DNA from: Candidatus Eiseniibacteriota bacterium
GTDB taxonomy: Bacteria > Eisenbacteria > RBG-16-71-46
NCBI GenBank assembly: GCA_031364845.1
Contig: JANLWX010000219.1
Span: 1 to 13,436, forward strand
DNA: 13,436 nucleotides
Direction: 5' to 3'
The stretch's first letter is position 1, and each line of letters starts with the position of its first letter. The position numbers were made by a program, and so were the translations under genes. The notes under the pieces were generated by a model. It was not told the origin of the DNA and searched no databases. It saw only the letters and a list, made by a program, of their open reading frames with translations. Shown here in pieces: positions 6,066 through 13,436 of this stretch.

Positions 6066-9000
6066 CTAGTGGGCGATGACGAACCGTCCCGTCGTGCGCC
6101 CATCGGCTGAGTTCACGCGATAGAAGTAGATCCCCGCCGGCAAACGCGCGCCCGTGGCGTCGCGGCCGTCGACTTCGAGGTGATGGGGCCCGGCATCCGC
6201 GAACGCTTCATCTGCCAGCGTGCGCACTGTGCGGCCCGCGGCGTCGAACAGCACGACCTCGAGCGGCCCGGCCCTGGCGGTCGCAAACATCAGGCGGCCG
6301 CGGCCGAACATCGGATTGGGCGCCATGCGCGGCGCCTGGGATAACGCAGCGGCGAGATCGGGAGCCGCGAGCGGTGGCGGCGGCGCTTCGAACTCGCGCA
6401 CCGAGATGTTGTCGACGTAGAACGACTCGCTCCCGAGCACCGGCTCGTCCAGGATCTGCAGGTCGATCGCACTGTTGCTCGCCAGGGCGACACGATCGAC
6501 CGTGATCTGCTTCCACGTCGTTCCGAGCGCCACATAGGACGAGAATGTGGTCGGACCTTGCTGCGCGCTCCCGACCCATTCGCGCACCTGGAGCCGGCAA
6601 CTGCCGGCACTTGCGGAGGCCTTCACCCACGCGCTGATTCGGTACTTGGTGCCGGCCTGCGCGACGACCGGGATCACATTGGGACTGTCGTTGAGCCCGA
6701 ACAGTCCGAACGTGATGGGCCCTGCGATGCGCGCGCAATATCCACCGTCCTGCCCGCCGGTCACGCGCGTGACGGTCGCGGTGCCGTAGGCGTTCCATCC
6801 AGTGAGCGCCGCTTCGAACGACGGATTCGCGACCAGATTCGGGCCCAAGGTATCCGACGGCGGCGGCGTGGCGGCGAACACCGTCACGGTCGCGGTGTCC
6901 AGGGCGCCGAAGGAGTCGGTGACGATGACCTTCGCGTTCCAGACCCCCGCGGTGTACGTGTGCCCTGCACTGGGCTCGGAGCGCGTCATGACCGATCCGT
7001 CACCGAACTCGAAACGATATGAAGCAATCGGACCATCGGGATCGCTGGATCCGGTGGCATTGAGCGTGGCGATCAGCGGAGCCAGCCCCGACGCGGGTGT
7101 GGCCGTGAGCACCGCGTTCGGCCGCCGGTTGCCGGTGCCCCCCACCGCGATCGATGAGGTGACGGAGCTCGCGGCGCCATTGTCGTCGGTCACCGTCGTC
7201 GTCAGCGTCCAATTGCCGTTGCCGTAGGTGTGCGGCGCACGCGGCGAGGACTGCGGCCCCACGATGGTTCCGTCGCCGAAGTCGAAGCGATAGCTCGCCG
7301 GGCGTCCATCGGCGTCGGTCGACGCCGAGGCGTTCGCGATCACGACGTGCGGTGCCGCGGGCGCAGCGCCGGGAGTGGCGAGCGCGCGGGCATCGGCGAC
7401 GTATGCCTTCACGTCGTTGGTCGTTCCGCACGTCGAGCAGCGCTGCCGCCAGTTGCTCCCCCACAGGACCCGCCGGCCATCGGGCGAAGGGACACCATGG
7501 CCCTCGCATCGATAACAGTTGGTGAAGTCGGTGTGGATGTGGGCGAACCGCTGAACCGTCTTGCTGCCGTCCATCTTCACCGCAACGATCTCGCTCGTGA
7601 ATCGCTTGCCCGCCTCCGGGTAATACGTCACGTACGCCCAGCCCGGACGCTGCAGATTGCGGGTCGAAACGTGATGCGCGTAGGCCTCGTTGGTGGGATC
7701 GGTGAGCGACGTCACCACGCCGTCCTTGAGACGCACCATCGTGACGCCGCCCATCAGCTTTCCATTGAGCTTCTCGCCGCGATAGCCGCAGTGCTCCTGG
7801 CCGATGATCACGTCCTCATTGTTGTCGTACGGATTCATCGCCATGTCCGCATGTCCCAGCTCGTAGACGAATCCGAGCGAAGCACTGCCGCTGCAGCGGG
7901 GCGATGTCGAGGGCATCGGGCGCGACGTGAGCGCCAACGTCACCGGATTCACGTCGAGCACCCGCAGGCTCTCGTCGTGGTACTTGATCATCACGTACTT
8001 GCCGGACGGCGAGATCGACACCCAGTCCGCCGCGCATCCGCCGCTGATCCCGCATCCGCCGAGATCGAATGCCGGGCCGATGCGCGAGTTCGGATACGGC
8101 AGCAGCGGCGCCTGCGGATCCATGTCGACCACGAACACGCGGGTCGCGTCGAACAGGGCGATGAAGCGGCCGTCATCGGAGACGTTGCCTTCGGAAGCGC
8201 CGATGCCGCGCACGTTGAACGGCGTCGGCCACGAGCGGGTCTTCGTGCAGTCGACCACGTCGATCCACGCCAGTTCGTCACCGCTCACGCTGATGCGCTC
8301 GTTCGCATGCGCCGGACTCGGATGCCAGCGGTCGTCGCCGTGCCGGTGTTCGGTGCACTGCTCGTAGCGGACGGCGTAGGTCTCGCCATCGAGATAGACG
8401 CGCGTGGGCGTGGCGTCCTCGTTGTCGATCGCGATCAGCGTGTGGGTCGAGTTCCACGGCTGATCCTTGGCGTAGTGGTGGCGTGCATCGACCGCCCACC
8501 GGCCACTGCCGAACGACGTCGACAGAGAGGTTCCGGTCACACCGGTGATTCGCGTCACGGTCGTGCTGAACACGGGATCCGTGTAGGTCGCGAGATAGCC
8601 GGGCAATGGCATCAGCGGCTCGGTGTACACCTTGCTCGAGTCGCGCGGGATCGCGCGGAAGCCCGGCGCGAACGGCGCTTCGACCGTGACGGACGCGACG
8701 GGTGCCACGTTCGGCGGGCGCACCGTGATCACGCGCGACGCGGTCGCGGTCGCACCCAGATCGTCGGTCACGGTGAGCGTCGCGGTCCACGTTCCACGCA
8801 TGTAGACGTGGCTGGTCGAGCTGCCGCTCTGTGACACCGCGGAACTTCCGTCGCCGAAGTCGAACCGATAGTTCGCGATGCGGCCGTCGACATCCGAGCT
8901 GCCCGAACCGCTGAGCGTGACCGTCAGCGGCTCCTTGCCCTCGCCCGGCGTGAGCGCGATCGCGGCCACCGGCGGCACGTCGACGCGAATCGGAACACTG

Positions 9001-10733
9001 GTGGCGGCGACGTTGCCGGCGGCATCCGTCGCGCGCACGGTCACGGTCCAGTTGCCGAGACCGAGCGTGCGGGTCGCGGTCGGGCTCGACTGCGGGCCGA
9101 TCACGGTGCCGTCACCGAAATCGAAACGATACGACGCGATGGTACCTTCGACATCGCTCGAAGCCGCGGCGTTCGCGGTGACCGCGAGCGGCGGAGCGCC
9201 GCTGGTCGGGCTCAACGAGAGCCGCGCGACCGGTGCTGTTCCCGTCGGAAGGAACTCGAACGCCCCGCGCTCGGCGTAGGCCACCGTGCCGCGCCCGGAG
9301 TTGGGAGTTGCGGAATCGTCGGCGCGTGCGCGGCTGGCGCCGTCGGTCGCGGGCCAGTCGGTGACCGACGCATTGCCCGAGTCGATCAGCGGGGATCCCG
9401 CGGCGGGACGGAAATCGGCGGCCGCCGGATCGACGAACCACGGGTCGGCGACGATCGAGCGCGCTTCCTGGCCCGAGGCGGACGCGAACGAGGCGAGCGT
9501 CGAATACTCACTCGAGCCCCACTTTACGAGCGCGCGGCCCGGGCTCCACCACACGTTGTCGCTCGAGGCGAACCCCGACCGGGAGGCCGAGTCGATCCAC
9601 AGGTCGTAACCGTTCGGCACTTCGCCGTTTCCGCCCGCGACGCAGTTGTACAACGAGGTGTTCGGTGAACTCTCGCACGAGAATCCGTAGCGCCCGTTCT
9701 CCCACGCCACGTTGCCGACATTGCGGTTGCCGCCCGAAGACAGATGCTCGAATCCGTCGTCGCCGTTCGACCACGCCCGGTTCTGAAGAATCTTGTTGCC
9801 GGTGGACGACGAGGACAGCAGCAGTCCCGAACGCAGATTGTGATGCAGTCGGCAGCGCTGGACCGTCACACCGGTCGTCGCATAGAGCCGGATGCCCGCG
9901 GCTTCCGGTCCATTGGGCACTCCGTTGGAGTGCGACTCGATGTCCTGCAACACGCCGCTGGTGGCACCGTTCACGTACACGCCGTGCTCGCCGTTGCCCC
10001 ACGCGAGCGCCGGGCCGATCGAAACCGGAGACGAACTCGCCGTCGTGATGCCGTAGCGCCAGCACTGAATCAGCGTGTCGGAGCGCATCACCACATTGTT
10101 GGATCCGCTGGTCAGCGTGATTCCACGATCTTCGGCGCGGGCGATGGTGATGCCTTCGATCGTGATCCACGACTTGCCGGAGAGCCGGAATCCAAAGTCA
10201 CGGCGTCCGACCTTGACCGTGCGGGTGCCGGGATTGACGCCGCCGTAGCGAACGTAGAGACCCTGTCCGAGCGTCCAGCGGAACGAGTTCTGCGGGAGCG
10301 ATGACGCCGAGGCCGAGGACTTGGTGAGGCGCACGCCACCCACGAACACCTGCTCGGGGCTCCACGTGACGGCGGAGGCCAGGAATACCTCGCCCGAGTA
10401 GACCGCCCATTTGATGCTCGACGAGAAATCGTCGGCGCCGTCCACGATGACGTTTCCGCTGACGCTGCGGACCGTGAACGGTGCGCTGGAACTCCCGCCC
10501 GCCGAGAACTCGATTTCCTCGGCGTAGGTTCCCGGCTTCACGTTCACCGTGTTGCCGGGGCCGCCGCGCGCGCTGACGGCGGCCTGAATCGTCTTGTAGG
10601 GGGCGGACTCCGTCCCCGATCCCCCATCGGAAGCAGCAGGATGTGAACGATCGACCCAATAGGTTCCCGCGTGAACGGGTACAGCAAGCATGAGAGCGGC
10701 GGCCACGAGGGCGGCTCGTGCGACGAAACGCAA
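6066..10733 (-). CDS. Large secreted modular protein, 1555 aa: DUF1565/right-handed beta-helix + choice-of-anchor-Q-like segment, 4 PKD domains, unknown beta-propeller, CBM4/9-like domain, FlgD-Ig/T9SS-like C-terminal domain
   Basis: TTG start with GGAAGG upstream; signal peptide ending VHA|G. TYWV..ASD..SGT..APYKTIQAA..PG.TV.VKPGTY.E then N-ladder repeats and DPWF..DFRP..GSPLIDSG..ERGAFE (10667-9252). Four S.D.DG.I.SYRF[DE]FGDG PKD units (~9236-6876). Propeller blades ISPSGKY and PSPDGRRVLWGSNW. NLVANPSFE...FYVDNISV (6839-6393). PNP...FDAAGRTVRTL...DGRD..G.RLPAGIYFYRV tail. Confidence 0.9.
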   Translation of the reverse strand: MRFVARAALVAAALMLAVPVHAGTYWVDRSHPAASDGGSGTESAPYKTIQAAVSARGGPGNTVNVKPGTYAEEIEFSAGGSSSAPFTVRSVSGNVIVDGADDFSSSIKWAVYSGEVFLASAVTWSPEQVFVGGVRLTKSSASASSLPQNSFRWTLGQGLYVRYGGVNPGTRTVKVGRRDFGFRLSGKSWITIEGITIARAEDRGITLTSGSNNVVMRSDTLIQCWRYGITTASSSPVSIGPALAWGNGEHGVYVNGATSGVLQDIESHSNGVPNGPEAAGIRLYATTGVTVQRCRLHHNLRSGLLLSSSSTGNKILQNRAWSNGDDGFEHLSSGGNRNVGNVAWENGRYGFSCESSPNTSLYNCVAGGNGEVPNGYDLWIDSASRSGFASSDNVWWSPGRALVKWGSSEYSTLASFASASGQEARSIVADPWFVDPAAADFRPAAGSPLIDSGNASVTDWPATDGASRARADDSATPNSGRGTVAYAERGAFEFLPTGTAPVARLSLSPTSGAPPLAVTANAAASSDVEGTIASYRFDFGDGTVIGPQSSPTATRTLGLGNWTVTVRATDAAGNVAATSVPIRVDVPPVAAIALTPGEGKEPLTVTLSGSGSSDVDGRIANYRFDFGDGSSAVSQSGSSTSHVYMRGTWTATLTVTDDLGATATASRVITVRPPNVAPVASVTVEAPFAPGFRAIPRDSSKVYTEPLMPLPGYLATYTDPVFSTTVTRITGVTGTSLSTSFGSGRWAVDARHHYAKDQPWNSTHTLIAIDNEDATPTRVYLDGETYAVRYEQCTEHRHGDDRWHPSPAHANERISVSGDELAWIDVVDCTKTRSWPTPFNVRGIGASEGNVSDDGRFIALFDATRVFVVDMDPQAPLLPYPNSRIGPAFDLGGCGISGGCAADWVSISPSGKYVMIKYHDESLRVLDVNPVTLALTSRPMPSTSPRCSGSASLGFVYELGHADMAMNPYDNNEDVIIGQEHCGYRGEKLNGKLMGGVTMVRLKDGVVTSLTDPTNEAYAHHVSTRNLQRPGWAYVTYYPEAGKRFTSEIVAVKMDGSKTVQRFAHIHTDFTNCYRCEGHGVPSPDGRRVLWGSNWRQRCSTCGTTNDVKAYVADARALATPGAAPAAPHVVIANASASTDADGRPASYRFDFGDGTIVGPQSSPRAPHTYGNGNWTLTTTVTDDNGAASSVTSSIAVGGTGNRRPNAVLTATPASGLAPLIATLNATGSSDPDGPIASYRFEFGDGSVMTRSEPSAGHTYTAGVWNAKVIVTDSFGALDTATVTVFAATPPPSDTLGPNLVANPSFEAALTGWNAYGTATVTRVTGGQDGGYCARIAGPITFGLFGLNDSPNVIPVVAQAGTKYRISAWVKASASAGSCRLQVREWVGSAQQGPTTFSSYVALGTTWKQITVDRVALASNSAIDLQILDEPVLGSESFYVDNISVREFEAPPPPLAAPDLAAALSQAPRMAPNPMFGRGRLMFATARAGPLEVVLFDAAGRTVRTLADEAFADAGPHHLEVDGRDATGARLPAGIYFYRVNSADGRTTGRFVIAH

Positions 10734-10931
10734 TCAGACCTTCCCTGATCTCCGGCAACAAGCAGCTCGAAAGCGGCGGCTTCCGGTGTCGGTGGTAGTG
10801 CGAGGGTCCTGGTCATTGGGCGGCGGGCACGCGGGGGATGCGTGCATCGACAGGTCGCATATTCGAAGGGTGGCCGGACCGCGTCAAGGAAAACGTCGGT
10901 GCCGCTTACGCTTTTTAGGAGCCCTTGACCG

Positions 10932-13436
10932 TCAGTTGACGACGACGAGGCTTCCCGAACGAACGCCCTCACTCGCCTCGACACGGTAGTAGTAGACACC
11001 CGCCGGCAGCCGCGCGCCGTGATCGTCGCGGCCGTCGACGGCGAACGTGTGGCGGCCCGGCTCGAACGTCATACCCTCAGAAAGTGTGCGAACGACGCGG
11101 CCTCGAACGTCATACAGCTTCGCGCGCACGACGCCGGCCTTCGTCAAGGAAAGTCGCAGCGTCGCCGTGGGCCGCGCCGGGTTCGGCCCGATCGAAGCAC
11201 CGAACTCGACGAACGGAAGCGTCACCGTCAGCGATTCCGGAGCGCTCGGGGGCTCCACGACCGACCCATTTTCGTCCGGTGCTCGCCGACTCGCCAACGC
11301 ATTTCCGGGGGTCGGAGCGACGTAAACGAGGACATCGTCGACCATGAACGACTCGCCCGGGGCGACCGGCGTGTCGATCACCTGGAAGTCGATATTGCGG
11401 CCGCTGCCGGAGGAGACGAAGTCGACGCTCACGAGCTGCCATGCGGCCGACAGTGTAACCGGCGAAGAGTAGACCACCGGGCCGACCTGAACTCCGAGCG
11501 CGGTGTACTCGCGGAGCTTGATCCGGACCTGGCCCGTGCTCGATGCCGATCGCACGCGGGCCACGTAGCGGTAGCGCGTGCCGCCGGTGGTCGAGTTGAC
11601 GATGTTCGGGCTGTCGTTGATGCCGAACACAACGTTCGAAGCAGGACCGGATGCCTGGCAGGCGAACCCACCCGAATAGCCGCCCGCGATTCGCGTGAGC
11701 GTCGAGCCGCCGTTCTGGCCCCAGCCGTTGAGGTTCGTTTCGAACGACGGATTCGACACCAGGTTCACGATGTTGTCGTTCACCGTGATCGCGACTGCCG
11801 CATTGCCACTCAACGCGTTGGTCGCCGTGAAGGACACCATATAAGGAGCAGGGCGGCCGTCGTTCCAGGCCGGCGTCCACGTGAAGGTTCCACCGGTGCG
11901 GCTCGCGTTGGGCGTGAACACGGCGGAGTTCCCTGCAGGAAGACCGGCGAAGCTGACCACCAGCGACACGATCGAGTCACCGTCAGCATCGGAAACGGTC
12001 ACCGTGACCGACTTCGGCTCGCCTTCGTTCGCGGTCGCGGTCGCCGCCACGTTGACTACCGGAGCGCGGTCGATGTTCGAGATCGTGACACCCGTCGCCG
12101 CACTCCCCAACAGCGCGTTCGTGGCGGTGAACGTCACCGTGTAGGGCCCACCGGCAGCCTGGTAGCCCGGAGTCCAAGAGAACGTGCCGCTCGTGCGCGT
12201 GCTGTCGGGTGTGAAGGTTGCGCCCGAAGGGAGATTCGATGCGGTCAACGACAGGATGCCCTCGCCATCGGGATCGGACGCCGTCACCGAGAACGTCAGT
12301 GGCGTGTTCTCGGCACCGCTCTGGGTGGTGGGCGCGGACACGACCGGTGAACGGTCGACGTTCCCGACCGTGAGCGCCGTGCTCGTACTCGCGCTCAGCG
12401 CGTTGGTGGCGGTGAACGTAACCGTGTAGGGACCGCCTGCGACATCGTAGCCCGGCGTCCAGTTCAGCGTGCCACTGGTGCGCGTTTCATTCGCCGTGAA
12501 CGTCGCGCCCGCGGGCAGGCCGTTCGCGACCAGTGACGTCATCGCGTCACCGTCGACATCGCTCGCCGTCACCGTGATGCTCAGCAGCGTGCCTTCGGCG
12601 CCGTCGGCAGTCGCCGGAGCGGACACCACGGGGGCGCGGTCGAGGTTCGTCACCGAAACGCTCGTGCTCGAGGTTCCGCTCAGCGCGTTGGCAGCGGTGA
12701 ACGTCACCGAGTACGGACCGGGGGCCGAATCGTAGCCGGGCGTCCAGGCGAACGTGCCCGAGGTGCGGGTTCCGTCGGTGATGAACGTTGCGCCCGCCGG
12801 CAGATTACTCGCCGTCAAGGACGTGATCGCATCGCCGTCCGGATCGCTCGCCGACACCGTGATCATCAATTCCGAGATCTCGGTCGCACTCACGTTCGCG
12901 GCCGCCATCACGGCCGGCGCGCGGTCGGTGTTCACGATGGTGAGCGTCGTCGTCGCGGTTCCACTCAGCGCGTTCGACGCCGTGAATGTCAGCGTGTGGG
13001 TTCCGGCCGCCGAATAGCCCGGCGTCCACGTGACGCTGCCGCTCGTCTTGTCGCCGCTCGGCGTGAACACCGCGCCCGCGGGGAGGCCCGCGACGGTCAA
13101 TGAGTTAATGGTGTCGCCGTCGGGGTCTGACGCCGTCACCGTCAGGCTCAGAGCCGAACCCTCGGACACGCTATGTGTGGCGGCCGTCGACACGACCGGC
13201 GGCCGGTCGCCTTCGGTGATCGAGATCACGGTCGCGGCACTTGCGGTCAGCGCATTGGCCGCCGTGAACGTCACCGTGTAAGGGCCCGGTCCATCACCCG
13301 AACCCGGCGTCCACTCGAGGGTGCCGCCGGTGTTGGTTCCGTTCGGCGTGAATGTCGCTCCCGCTGGCAGGTTCAAGGCACTCAGCGACGTGATCGCGTT
13401 GCCATCCGGATCGCTCGCCGAGACCGTGAAGCTCAA
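10932..13436 (-). CDS. Large secreted Ig-repeat (He_PIG/cadherin-like) protein with CBM4/9-like and FlgD-Ig/T9SS-like C-terminal domain; 5' end lies outside the window
   Basis: Frame is open from the right edge to TGA at 10934-10932. Six Ig-like repeats, NLVSNPSFE...FMVDDVLV (11765-~11320) and PNP...YDVRGRVVRTL...DGRDDHGARLPAGVYYYRV tail. The ORF track's initial M is an internal TTG at the window edge. Confidence 0.9.
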   Translation of the reverse strand: MSFTVSASDPDGNAITSLSALNLPAGATFTPNGTNTGGTLEWTPGSGDGPGPYTVTFTAANALTASAATVISITEGDRPPVVSTAATHSVSEGSALSLTVTASDPDGDTINSLTVAGLPAGAVFTPSGDKTSGSVTWTPGYSAAGTHTLTFTASNALSGTATTTLTIVNTDRAPAVMAAANVSATEISELMITVSASDPDGDAITSLTASNLPAGATFITDGTRTSGTFAWTPGYDSAPGPYSVTFTAANALSGTSSTSVSVTNLDRAPVVSAPATADGAEGTLLSITVTASDVDGDAMTSLVANGLPAGATFTANETRTSGTLNWTPGYDVAGGPYTVTFTATNALSASTSTALTVGNVDRSPVVSAPTTQSGAENTPLTFSVTASDPDGEGILSLTASNLPSGATFTPDSTRTSGTFSWTPGYQAAGGPYTVTFTATNALLGSAATGVTISNIDRAPVVNVAATATANEGEPKSVTVTVSDADGDSIVSLVVSFAGLPAGNSAVFTPNASRTGGTFTWTPAWNDGRPAPYMVSFTATNALSGNAAVAITVNDNIVNLVSNPSFETNLNGWGQNGGSTLTRIAGGYSGGFACQASGPASNVVFGINDSPNIVNSTTGGTRYRYVARVRSASSTGQVRIKLREYTALGVQVGPVVYSSPVTLSAAWQLVSVDFVSSGSGRNIDFQVIDTPVAPGESFMVDDVLVYVAPTPGNALASRRAPDENGSVVEPPSAPESLTVTLPFVEFGASIGPNPARPTATLRLSLTKAGVVRAKLYDVRGRVVRTLSEGMTFEPGRHTFAVDGRDDHGARLPAGVYYYRVEASEGVRSGSLVVVN
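11772..13436 (-). repeat. Intragenic tandem repeat, 282-300 nt unit (94-100 aa Ig-like domain), 5 full copies plus 1 partial
   Basis: Units start at DRxP codons at 13208, 12926, 12641, 12356 and 12071 (spacing 282, 285, 285, 285). Consensus DRAPVV...E...TVTASDPDGD.I.SL...LPAGA.FT...TSGT..WTPGY...Y.VTFTA.NALS. Confidence 0.9.

Noticed and set aside
6054..6075. CGCCCA/TGGGCG hairpin over the convergent stop codons as a terminator
   Set aside because: Only a 6-7 bp stem and no U-tract on either strand.
7362..8672. Insert as an intein or mobile element
   Set aside because: No intein splice-junction residues, no LAGLIDADG or transposase motifs, and no terminal repeats seen.
7230..8834. Long antisense ORFs (534 aa here; also 533-1771, 3409-4611, 11019-12350 and the periodic 11881-13281 set)
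   Set aside because: Shadow frames expected in high-GC coding DNA; no recognisable motifs. The periodic ones simply mirror the Ig repeats.
10888..10904. Possible sigma54 site upstream of the 1555-aa gene (minus strand CGGCAC-CGACG-TTTTC)
   Set aside because: Good -24 element but it lacks the conserved -12 GC.
1..13436. CRISPR array, tRNA/rRNA, IS elements, defence or reverse-transcriptase genes
   Set aside because: No short regularly spaced repeats or matching motifs found by eye. Nearly all the sequence is explained by the seven CDSs.

Overview
GC-rich bacterial window that encodes almost only secreted proteins. In order: the 5' end of an S9-type peptidase gene (minus strand, missed by the ORF track); a divergent secreted GH31 alpha-glucosidase; a small secreted FN3-like protein; a ~490-bp divergent intergenic region with two candidate sigma54 promoters; a translationally coupled pair of paralogous purple-acid-phosphatase-like metallophosphoesterases; and two large modular exoproteins. 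One is 1555 aa (beta-helix / 4 PKD / unknown beta-propeller / CBM4-9-like / FlgD-Ig T9SS-like tail). The other is 5'-truncated and >834 aa (Ig-repeat stalk / CBM4-9-like / same tail). The domain repertoire suggests an FCB-affiliated candidate phylum such as Ca. Eisenbacteria (inference). Two observations stand out. (1) The FN3 protein appears to lack its N-terminal strand A but carries a strand-A-like motif at its C-terminus, and both phosphatases end in the same motif (D-x3-P-x5-[LM]), suggesting a donor-strand docking or polymerisation system. (2) A ~437-aa propeller domain is inserted inside a PKD domain. No RNA genes, CRISPR arrays or mobile elements were seen. All domain calls come from motif recognition by eye, with no database search.
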